Shown here: one piece after another, positions 15,544-23,806 of the stretch | How positions within the stretch are numbered: position 1 is the first letter of the stretch | How the letters are laid out: each line of letters starts with the position of its first letter | NCBI GenBank assembly: GCA_041572575.1 | Contig: JBFFSH010000025.1 | Span: 1-33,284, forward strand | Source: Thermodesulfobacteriota bacterium | GTDB lineage: Bacteria; Desulfobacterota_D; UBA1144; Nemesobacterales; N074bin48 | DNA: 33,284 nucleotides | Reading direction: 5' to 3' | Notes under the pieces: generated by a model | What the model was told of the DNA's origin: nothing | The model's input: only the letters and a program-made list of their open reading frames with translations | Database searches by the model: none | Position numbers and translations under genes: made by a program

Positions 15544-16602
15544 TTATTCTTTTATAAATTTTTCAAATTGTTGTTTGTCGTTGGATTTATAAAATGCTTC
15601 CTCCGCCGAAATCACTCCATCTTTATAATATTTCATTATCGCAGCGTCGAGCATTTGCATACCAAGCTGTTTTCCTGTTTGTATCACTGAAGGAATCTGG
15701 AATATCTTTCCTTCTCTTATAAGGTTTGATATGGCTGTATTAACTACCAGAATCTCAAGTGCGGCAACTCTTCCGGGTTTGTCTGTTCGTTTGAGAAGCT
15801 GCTGGCAAACTATACCCTTTAGTGATTCGGATAACATGGTTCTGATTTGTGCCTGTTGTCCTGCGGGAAATGCATCAATTACCCTGTCTATGGTTTTTGG
15901 TGCAGAGCTTGTATGAAGTGTAGCAAAAACAAGGTGGCCGGTTTCTGCAGCTGTGATTGCTAGCTCTATGGTTTCCAAGTCCCTCATCTCACCCAGCATA
16001 ATAATATCAGGATCTTCACGCAGGCTTGCTCTTAGAGCACCGGAAAAGGATTTAGTATGTATTCCTACCTGTCTGTGGTGTATCAGACACTTATCGCTAG
16101 TATGTACAAATTCAATCGGGTCTTCTATGGTTACTATATGGTCAGTTCTTGTCTTATTTATATGGTCTACGATGGCTGCAAGAGTGGTAGATTTTCCGCA
16201 CCCCGTGGGACCTGTAACCAAAACCAGTCCTCTTGAAAGTGCTGAAAAAGATTTAAGTATTTCCGGAAACCCTAATGTATCCAGTGATTCTACTGTTGTG
16301 GGGATGAGTCTAAATGCTCCTGACATTCCCCTTTGCTGCATAAAATAGTTTACCCTGAACCTTGCAAGCCCTGTAAGCTCATGTGCAAAATCGAGGTCGT
16401 TTCGTTCATTGAATACTTGTGTTTGTTCTTCATTTAATATTTCATAGAGCAGTTTTTTAACTACATCGTGTGTTAAAATCTGGTCGCTTGCAGGTTTTAG
16501 CTCGCCAAACTGTCTGAATAGTGGTCTCGAGCCTGATGATATATGGAGGTCACTAATATTATTTTCTACCATATAATTAAAAAACTTGTCTATTTCAGCC
16601 AT
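15544..16602 (-). CDS. pilT: Type IV pilus retraction ATPase PilT (upstream copy)
   Basis: GPTGCGKST, TIEDPIE, LREDPD, TGHLVFATLH, AISNLIRE. Confidence 0.96.
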   Translation of the reverse strand: MAEIDKFFNYMVENNISDLHISSGSRPLFRQFGELKPASDQILTHDVVKKLLYEILNEEQTQVFNERNDLDFAHELTGLARFRVNYFMQQRGMSGAFRLIPTTVESLDTLGFPEILKSFSALSRGLVLVTGPTGCGKSTTLAAIVDHINKTRTDHIVTIEDPIEFVHTSDKCLIHHRQVGIHTKSFSGALRASLREDPDIIMLGEMRDLETIELAITAAETGHLVFATLHTSSAPKTIDRVIDAFPAGQQAQIRTMLSESLKGIVCQQLLKRTDKPGRVAALEILVVNTAISNLIREGKIFQIPSVIQTGKQLGMQMLDAAIMKYYKDGVISAEEAFYKSNDKQQFEKFIKE

Positions 16603-16752
16603 ATTGGAACACCTGCCTGTATAAATTCATTAATTCAATAATATACAAATTTATTCGAAAAATAAATTATTATTTGATTATATCTCAATAACCTTGATTT
16701 GGGACTATGGAATTAGTTTATATGTAAAATATATAAAACTAAAGTTTATTAT

Positions 16753-17685
16753 TTATTTTAGATCAGTACGCATTATATCTTTTACAAGATAATTGATGTT
16801 GCCCTTTGACAGTGTGTCCATTAAATCATTTATTCTCAATACCCCTACTATTTTTCCATCTTCCATTACTGCAAAATCCTGCTTTACTCCAGAAATGGTA
16901 AGATTTACAGCTCTTGCAAGCGGGTCATTTGGACAAAGATTTATTAACCCGGTAGTTATTTCTGGCTCTTTGTTTGAATATGACTCTCTGTAATGTTTTA
17001 TCTTTATAATATTTTCTTCATGGTTAGCCCCAAACCATACAAATACAGCGATTACTATTAAAAATGGATTACTGTCATAGGATAACACACCAAGTATTCC
17101 AAACAGAATTGCCATGGCTTTACCAATTTTCGAGGCTATTGTAGTAGACTTCACATATTCCATTTTTAGAGCTAACAACGCTCTTAAAACCCTGCCGCCA
17201 TCCATTGGGAAAGCAGGAAGCATATTAAACAGAACAAGAATTATGTTTAGTGCCATGAGCTTTACTAAAAAAGAGTCTGCAGAAATATCTATATTGATAA
17301 TCGGAATTGTAGTTCCAGATAAATACAGAAATGTAAAAATTATTGAAGCTATTGCTACATTTACGGCAGGCCCGGCAAGGGCTACCCAGAGTTCCTGTTT
17401 GGGATCGTCAGGCATTTTTTCAAGCCTTGCTACTCCGCCAATAGGCAGCAATATGATATCCAGAGTTTTTATGCCGTATTTTTTTGCAGTTAGCGCATGA
17501 CCATATTCATGTAGTACTACGCAGGCAAAGATAGTTAGTACAAATAACAATGTCTCTATTGTCATCCATATGTCATCACCTGCGGTTATGGTGTTGTAGA
17601 GCACCCATACAATTATTATTGCAAAAGTTGCATGAACCTTAAGGTCAATTCCACTAAAATTTCCTATTTTCCAAGACCACTTCAT
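16753..17685 (-). CDS. Site-2 protease (M50 family) with a single CBS domain
   Basis: VLHEYGH, LLPIGGVA, ALAGPAVN, FNMLPAFPMDGG; C-terminal CBS-like segment. Confidence 0.93.
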   Translation of the reverse strand: MKWSWKIGNFSGIDLKVHATFAIIIVWVLYNTITAGDDIWMTIETLLFVLTIFACVVLHEYGHALTAKKYGIKTLDIILLPIGGVARLEKMPDDPKQELWVALAGPAVNVAIASIIFTFLYLSGTTIPIINIDISADSFLVKLMALNIILVLFNMLPAFPMDGGRVLRALLALKMEYVKSTTIASKIGKAMAILFGILGVLSYDSNPFLIVIAVFVWFGANHEENIIKIKHYRESYSNKEPEITTGLINLCPNDPLARAVNLTISGVKQDFAVMEDGKIVGVLRINDLMDTLSKGNINYLVKDIMRTDLK

Positions 17686-17763
17686 ATTTGTATATCCGGT
17701 GTTTTATTATAGTTTTGTATTACAAAAGATAATAGGTAAATAATTTATTACAAGATTATCCAT

Positions 17764-17791
17764 ATGGCTTATAGTTTAAATGATAAGCCAT
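17764..17791. promoter_or_regulatory. Palindrome (candidate operator) in the divergent M50/fol intergenic region
   Basis: ATGGCTTAT-N10-ATAAGCCAT, perfect 9-bp arms. Confidence 0.5.
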
Positions 17792-17854
17792 TTAAGATAA
17801 TTAATGTACTAAAAGATAAAATTTGCTAAACTTAAAACACTTGAGAATTGTACC

Positions 17855-18568
17855 ATGAAAAGAGCAGCTTTAATTACGGGTGGGGCAAAGAGGATAGGAA
17901 AGGAAATATGTATTTACCTTGCTGAGAAGGGCTATGATATTGCTCTGCATTATAATACATCTGAGAGCAAGGCTAAAAGTCTGTCTAAGCAAATAAAAAA
18001 ATCAGGTGTGGAATGCAGGTTATTCAAGTCCGATTTGTCTAAACCTAAATTCTCTGCATCTTTGATTTTAAAGGTATTTAGACAGTATCCACACTGTTCG
18101 GTTTTGGTTAACAATGCCTCGGTTTTTAAAGAAAAAGAATTTTCTGAAATAACACTCAAAGATTTTGAAAACGATATGGCAATTAATTTCACATCACCTT
18201 TTTTTCTCACTCAGCAGTTTAGCAAACATAAAAGCGCATCTAATATTATTAACCTCATTGATACAAGAGTATCTAGGGTAAATAGTACATATTTTACGTA
18301 TAATCTAAGTAAGTACTGTCTGTATAAGTTTACAAAGATGTCTGCCAGGCAGCTAGCTCCCAAAATAAGAGTTAATGGGATTTGCCCCGGTGATATACTT
18401 CCTCTCGAGGGTCTTGATAAAAGCTATTTGAAAAAAAGATCAAAAAGACTACCTTTAAAAAGGGTTGGAAGTGTTGGTAATGTGATTGCTGCTATGGATT
18501 ATTTACTAAATAATGAATTTGTTACCGGGCAGTGCTTATTTGTTGACGGCGGGGAGCATCTTTTATAA
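17855..18568 (+). CDS. folM: Pteridine reductase / FolM-like SDR
   Basis: TGGAKRIG, ALHYNTS, NNASVF, YNLSK, VDGG; directly upstream of folB-folK. Confidence 0.85.
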   Translation: MKRAALITGGAKRIGKEICIYLAEKGYDIALHYNTSESKAKSLSKQIKKSGVECRLFKSDLSKPKFSASLILKVFRQYPHCSVLVNNASVFKEKEFSEITLKDFENDMAINFTSPFFLTQQFSKHKSASNIINLIDTRVSRVNSTYFTYNLSKYCLYKFTKMSARQLAPKIRVNGICPGDILPLEGLDKSYLKKRSKRLPLKRVGSVGNVIAAMDYLLNNEFVTGQCLFVDGGEHLL

Positions 18569-18579
18569 GGAATTAATAT

Positions 18580-18927
18580 ATGATACTGCGAATAGAAAAT
18601 TTAAGACTGAGAACCATAGTAGGGATATATGACTGGGAAAAAGAAAACAAACAGGATTTAGTGGTAAACGTAGAGCTTGAATTTGATGGTTCAAAAGCAG
18701 CCAGGAGTGATAATATTGATGACAGTGTAAACTATAAAACCATAAATAAACAGATAATTGAACATATAGAAAACGGCAATTTTGATTTGATCGAAAAGAT
18801 AGCAGGGGATATATTGGATATAATTTTCAAAAATGACAAAGTGGAAAAAGCTACTGTGAAAGTAGACAAACCCGGAGCTCTTAGGTTTACAGACAGCGTA
18901 TCAGTGCAACTGAGCAGAGAAAAATAA
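18580..18927 (+). CDS. folB: Dihydroneopterin aldolase (FolB/FolX family)
   Basis: IVGIYDWE...QDLVVNVEL, SVNY, FDLIE, VDKPGAL. A FolX-type epimerase is not excluded. Confidence 0.85.
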   Translation: MILRIENLRLRTIVGIYDWEKENKQDLVVNVELEFDGSKAARSDNIDDSVNYKTINKQIIEHIENGNFDLIEKIAGDILDIIFKNDKVEKATVKVDKPGALRFTDSVSVQLSREK

Positions 18928-18951
18928 ATACTCAAAAGGTGTATATATAGC

Positions 18952-19335
18952 TTGAACCGTGTAATTGTAGCAATTGGGTCGAATATTAATCCTTATGAGA
19001 ATGTAAAACGAGCAAAAGAACTTATATCTTTACAGCACAAGGTCATTAGAAGCTCTAAGTTTATAATGACAAAACCCATAGGCTACACAGCTCAGGATGA
19101 TTTTTTAAATGGAGGTCTGCTTGTACATACAAATTTTGATAAGAAGCCATTTAAATCATATTTACGAGATATAGAAGATAAGCTTGGCAGAGAGAGAACA
19201 GAAAATAAATATGGGCCGAGAACTATAGACCTCGATATTCTAATATGGAACGGCACTGTGGTTGATAAGGATTATTATGATAGGGATTTTTTGCAGTCAA
19301 TAGTAAAAGAGCTGGATGTTGAGTTATATAAGTAG
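18952..19335 (+). CDS. folK: 6-hydroxymethyl-7,8-dihydropterin pyrophosphokinase (short form)
   Basis: AIGSNI, FLNG, IEDKLGR, GPRTIDLDIL; TTG start. Confidence 0.93.
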   Translation: MNRVIVAIGSNINPYENVKRAKELISLQHKVIRSSKFIMTKPIGYTAQDDFLNGGLLVHTNFDKKPFKSYLRDIEDKLGRERTENKYGPRTIDLDILIWNGTVVDKDYYDRDFLQSIVKELDVELYK

Positions 19336-19441
19336 GTATAATTAGGTATTTAATTTTATGAAAAATTTTTATTAATAGAATTAAAATATAATATATAATC
19401 TTAATTGCATCAGATTCTAATTTATTTGCATCAAACAAAAA

Positions 19442-20260
19442 ATGAAAAAGATTGATACATTAATTCTGATATTTGCCGGGTTGGGCCTGTTAATTTCTGC
19501 ATATTTGTCCTACACATATTTTTCCAGTGGGCAGACTACGTTTTGTCTTTCAGGATCGGGGTGTGATGTAGTAAAAGAAAGTCCATATTCAAAAGTATTT
19601 GGAATTTCAGTTCCTTATTACGGATTATTTGGTAATTTAATAATTATTGGCTCTCTCTTGTATAAAGGTCTTGGCGGTAAAAAATATAGTATTATTTACT
19701 ATTTGTCTCTTGCCGGAGTTGCATTTTCAGCTTACCTGACCTATTTGGAAGTAGCTGTTATTAAAGCAATATGCTCATACTGCGTTTTATCTGCTGTTTT
19801 TATATTGGCTATTTTTCTTACGGTTCTAATATCAAAGCAGTTAAAGTCGCTCAACACAGCTGGAATTAGATTTATTCTTACAAGCTTTGTAGTCTTTTTA
19901 ATTGTTATTGGAGCGGCATATTTTTCGCATTCTGACCTGAGGGCATCAGCCCCTGCTTCAAAAGCAGTTATTGATTTGGCAAAACATCTAAAAGGCCAGA
20001 ATAGCTCAATGTATGGCTCATACACCTGCCCGCATTGCAACACTCAAAAACTTATGTTTGCAGATGCGTTTAAATATATAAACTATGTGGAATGTAACCC
20101 GGGGGGTGAAAATCCCAATGTGAAGCTTTGTGAAGAAAAAGGCATTGATGGTTATCCAACATGGGAAATTAACGGTAAGCTTCATCCGGGGGCAAAGTCA
20201 CTTAGGGAGCTTGCAAAGCTTTCAGGATTTAAGCAGGCAAGGCAGGCTTCTGATAAATAG
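19442..20260 (+). CDS. Vitamin K epoxide reductase (VKOR)-thioredoxin fusion, disulfide-bond formation
   Basis: Loop cysteines CLSGSGC, membrane CSYC, C-terminal Trx-like CPHC...YVEC...GYPTW. Confidence 0.93.
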   Translation: MKKIDTLILIFAGLGLLISAYLSYTYFSSGQTTFCLSGSGCDVVKESPYSKVFGISVPYYGLFGNLIIIGSLLYKGLGGKKYSIIYYLSLAGVAFSAYLTYLEVAVIKAICSYCVLSAVFILAIFLTVLISKQLKSLNTAGIRFILTSFVVFLIVIGAAYFSHSDLRASAPASKAVIDLAKHLKGQNSSMYGSYTCPHCNTQKLMFADAFKYINYVECNPGGENPNVKLCEEKGIDGYPTWEINGKLHPGAKSLRELAKLSGFKQARQASDK

Positions 20261-20264
20261 AGGA

Positions 20265-20882
20265 TTAAAGATTTCCTTCTAATACTATTTTGGAGCTCTC
20301 TCTTATTTTAAGCTTATCTATCCAGTTTAGAACATATTTATATTTGCTGTTAATATGAATATCCAGATAATCAAGAAGAAGAATTCTTGGCATAAATGCT
20401 ACATCTGCAAGACTGAATCTTCCTGTTATATAGTTATGCCCTTTTAGAATACCATTTAAATATTTAAGCTCGGTATCGAGATTTTTCAAATTAAGTTCTA
20501 TAAGTTTTTGATTTGCCTTTAAATTATTTTTAAGTTTTAGCTCCTTATAAATACCAAATACATATGTGTGAAAGGTCTTCTCACAGTATTCTATCAGCAT
20601 TCTCGTAAGGGCCTTGGTATAGAGTTCTTTTGGTAGTAGGGGTCTTAGTGGATACTTTTCATCAAGATACTCATTTATTATTGTAGATTCATAAATAATC
20701 TTTGATCCATCTGCTATGACAGGAACCTTTCCATTTGGGTTTAGTTTTAAGAATTTTGGTTTTCGTTGTTCTTTTTTATTCAGATCAACAAAAATTTGCT
20801 CATATGGTATCTGTTTTTCTACTAGTGCAATCCGTACTTTTCTGCAGTATGGGCATCTTGGAAAATCGTAAAGCTTAATCAT
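20265..20882 (-). CDS. Glutathione S-transferase family protein
   Basis: CPYC, LNPNGKVP, YESTIINEYL, FSLAD. Confidence 0.92.
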   Translation of the reverse strand: MIKLYDFPRCPYCRKVRIALVEKQIPYEQIFVDLNKKEQRKPKFLKLNPNGKVPVIADGSKIIYESTIINEYLDEKYPLRPLLPKELYTKALTRMLIEYCEKTFHTYVFGIYKELKLKNNLKANQKLIELNLKNLDTELKYLNGILKGHNYITGRFSLADVAFMPRILLLDYLDIHINSKYKYVLNWIDKLKIRESSKIVLEGNL

Positions 20883-20926
20883 TTTTGTTAGTAATAATTA
20901 TAGTAATCATAAAATATAGTAAACAA

Positions 20927-21800
20927 TTATCTTATCAGATAAGCAACAATAACAGGAAGAGTAAATACGGAGATCAGCGTTCCAGCCAAAATTATTGATG
21001 CCACTGCCTGAGAATTTTGTTTGTATTTTTCAGCTAGAACGAAGTTAAAAATGGCAGGGGGCATGGATGCCTGAAGTATAATTACATTTGCTATAAAGAC
21101 CTTCAATCTTTAATAGTTTTACTGCTAACAAGCCAAAGGAAAACCCAAGTAATATTCTTAGAACTCCAAATAGAATAGATCTGCTAATATGTGTTAATTT
21201 TATCTCAGAGAGTTTGTACCCCAGGGCAAAGACCATTGTTGGTATGCTTGCCTCACCTGCAAGCTGCAGCGTTCGGCTCAGTATTACCGGTAAATCAATA
21301 TTTAAAAAGCTGATAGTAAGACCTGCAATCGTTGCATAGATTAAAGGCAGTTTGAGCAGTTCTGTAGGGCCGTTTTTGATATTGAATAATAGTATTCCCA
21401 CAGTGTAGTGGATGAATGTAGTACAGACCATATATAAAATAGCTAGTGTGAGACCGTCCTGCCCAAATGCATAATACACAATGGGCAGGCCCATATTTCC
21501 TGTGTTTGCAAAAAGAACAGTGGGTAGATATGTGCCGGAATCCAGATTTAGTTTTTTAAGTATTACGACTGTGATAGCCGCACTTAAAATCATTATTATT
21601 ACAAGAGCTACAAAAACATTACCGGCTACAGTAAGCTCAATGTGCTTTTTGGACAGAGAAGAAAGAATAAGGCAGGGCATAGCAATGTAGATGACAAATT
21701 CATTTAAAGAGGGCAGGTTAATCTTTTTAAATCTTCCAAATATAAATCCCAGAAGCGAAAGTATGAAAACAGGAAAAACAATGTTTAGGATGGTAAGAAT
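20927..21800 (-). pseudogene. AEC (auxin efflux carrier) family transporter, frameshifted, with an apparent ATT start
   Basis: Homology extends 40 codons upstream of the track's ATG (ILTILNIVFPVFILSLLGF), with SD TAAGGA 7 nt before ATT 21800. NTGNMGLP motif present. Removing one base at 21095-21097 restores LQASMPPAIFNFVLAEKY...AYLIR* (290 aa). Confidence 0.85.
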
Positions 21801-21870
21801 CTGAATGTCCTTATGTTAGTTTGTTAATGAAATGGAAATATTAAAACTCTAATTAAAGATGTTGCAAAAT

Positions 21871-22848
21871 TTACCACTCAATAACTGATGCGCCCCAGGT
21901 AAACCCTGCTCCAAATACTGAAAACAGGATGAGGTCTCCCTTTTTAATCTTTCCCTGTTCCAGCGCTTCATCCAAAGCAATCGGTACTGAAGCTGAAGAA
22001 GTATTTCCGTACTTTGAAATATTCATGAATACTTTTTCTGTGGGCATCTTCAGTCGTTTTCTTACAGCATCCATAATTCTATAATTTGCCTGATGAGCTA
22101 TGAACATGTCTATATCTTCTGGTTTGATGCCTGCTTTTTCTATTGCCTGTACCGAGGCATTGCCCATCGATGTTACTGCTATCTTAAACACTTCCTTGCC
22201 GTTCATCTTAAGGTAATGCTCTTTATTCTCAACGCTTTGCACTGATGATGGTATTCTCGATCCCCCGCCGGGCTGATAAAGAAGGTCCCAGCCCCCTCCG
22301 TCTGATCCCAGGCAGATAGAAAGTATCCCACGCTCATCAGATTTTTGTAATATAGTTGCGCCAGCACCATCACCAAAGAGAATACAAGTACCCCTATCTT
22401 CATAATCGGTTACTCTTGTAAGGGTCTCAGCACCAATTATCAGTATAGTCTCTGCACATCCGCCGTCTATCATACCCTTTGCCACCTGCATAGCATATAG
22501 GTAACCGGAGCATCCGGCTGAAAGATCAAAGGCATAAGCATTGTCTGCCCCGATTGTTTTTTGGATAAGGCAGGCTGTAGACGGAAAGAGATAGTCAGGT
22601 GTAATTGTAGCAACTATCACAACATCTATATCCATTGGGTCAATAGCAGCTTTGTCTATAGCTTTTTGAGCTGCTTCAGCGCCAAGGTCAGAAGACGCGT
22701 GATTTTCATCTGCCATCCTCCTCTCTTTAATCCCTGTTCTTGCAGTTATCCATTCATCATTGGTATCTACAATTTTCTCAAGATAAGAATTTGTTATAAC
22801 CTTAGATGGAATGGATGTCCCTGTACTTAATATTCTTACTGAACTCAA
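21871..22848 (-). CDS. fabH: 3-oxoacyl-ACP synthase III
   Basis: WITARTGIKERR, DLSAGCSG, LFGDGAGA, HQAN, GNTSSAS, GAGFTWG; TTG start with SD GGGGAG. Confidence 0.97.
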   Translation of the reverse strand: MSSVRILSTGTSIPSKVITNSYLEKIVDTNDEWITARTGIKERRMADENHASSDLGAEAAQKAIDKAAIDPMDIDVVIVATITPDYLFPSTACLIQKTIGADNAYAFDLSAGCSGYLYAMQVAKGMIDGGCAETILIIGAETLTRVTDYEDRGTCILFGDGAGATILQKSDERGILSICLGSDGGGWDLLYQPGGGSRIPSSVQSVENKEHYLKMNGKEVFKIAVTSMGNASVQAIEKAGIKPEDIDMFIAHQANYRIMDAVRKRLKMPTEKVFMNISKYGNTSSASVPIALDEALEQGKIKKGDLILFSVFGAGFTWGASVIEW

Positions 22849-22865
22849 TTTTTGCTGTCTCCCCT

Positions 22866-22909
22866 ATTCAAATGTGGCTAATTATCTTTGAATGAGATAG
22901 GTTTGTCAA
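22866..22909 (-). promoter_or_regulatory. Sigma-70 promoter of fabH with an overlapping inverted repeat
   Basis: Minus strand TTGACA-N17-GATAAT (22909-22881); ATTCAAA-N14-TTTGAAT (22866-22893) brackets the -10 box. Confidence 0.7.
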
Positions 22910-22910
22910 C

Positions 22911-23348
22911 CTAACTCTCAATCTGCTCAATTGTATTACTAATAGTTTTTAGTTCATCCATATTTAGAGAATAATTGCAGCAAACAGATGTTTCCTTGTC
23001 ATAGTAGATAATTTGTATGATCTTAGAGCCATATAAATCATATAGATGCTCCAGTTCCTTGTCGGATTCAATTGAAAAGTAATAGTCCATATTGAAAAGC
23101 TCATCATAATTATCGGAAAAATGGATAATCATTCGCACCGATGGGAATTCGTCCCTGAGTATAGGGTCGAATTCTACTGAAATCTCTTCAATATCATCAA
23201 GATTTACTCTACTTTTAGCATTGTTTTTGAATATAAAGTAAATTTTTCCTTCAATTTTATGACTAACTATACCTTTTTCAATAAATTTCAACTCAGATTT
23301 GATGTATTTAGGTAAATCTATCTCCTGTTTATCAATAAAATTTGCCAT
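22911..23348 (-). CDS. Hypothetical acidic protein
   Basis: 145-aa ORF filling the gap; no family recognised. Confidence 0.7.
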   Translation of the reverse strand: MANFIDKQEIDLPKYIKSELKFIEKGIVSHKIEGKIYFIFKNNAKSRVNLDDIEEISVEFDPILRDEFPSVRMIIHFSDNYDELFNMDYYFSIESDKELEHLYDLYGSKIIQIIYYDKETSVCCNYSLNMDELKTISNTIEQIES

Positions 23349-23448
23349 TTTATGAGATTAAATTAGTGATTATATTAAATTATAGTGGTTTTATGATGAT
23401 CTGAAAGAAAAATTAATCAAATTATTTGTCCGTTTAAGAAAATTCTCC

Positions 23449-23478
23449 TTGACAATTATATATAAAATTTATTACTAT
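23449..23478 (+). promoter_or_regulatory. Sigma-70 promoter of the small membrane protein
   Basis: TTGACA-N18-TACTAT. Confidence 0.65.
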
Positions 23479-23532
23479 CGGAGTATAAGGTTAAGATAGA
23501 ATTATATTTTTTAGACATAAGGAGGAGAAATT

Positions 23533-23727
23533 ATGGGTGGTACCTTTATTACTCTTTTAATAGTTTTTCTTGTATTAGGGGTTTTCTTTAAAATGGGGCC
23601 TGAAGAAGAAGCACCTGCAGAAGAGGCTGCAGCCGAGCCCGAAGCAGCTCCGGCAGCTGATGCTCCTGCTCCACCAGAGCCACCAGCTGGTTCAGGCGGC
23701 GAACAGGACGCTTTTAAAGCTCCTTAA
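23533..23727 (+). CDS. Small single-TM protein with an Ala/Pro/Glu-rich tail
   Basis: SD TAAGGAGGAG, TM FITLLIVFLVLGVFF, double TAA stop, own promoter and downstream hairpin. Confidence 0.85.
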   Translation: MGGTFITLLIVFLVLGVFFKMGPEEEAPAEEAAAEPEAAPAADAPAPPEPPAGSGGEQDAFKAP

Positions 23728-23735
23728 TAAGTATG

Positions 23736-23759
23736 ATTTAATCCATAAAAGGATTAAAT
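23736..23759. terminator. Hairpin between convergent genes
   Basis: ATTTAATCC-ATAAAA-GGATTAAAT, perfect 9-bp arms; weak U tract. Confidence 0.55.
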
Positions 23760-23806
23760 AGTTTGTTAATTATAAAACTGGACTACAATGTAGAGGCAAC
23801 ACTTGG

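Noticed and set aside
14225..16348. Similar plus-strand ORFs at 14225-14623, 15731-15916 and 15953-16348
   Set aside because: Antisense shadows of the two pilT genes; their similarity comes from the paralogy.
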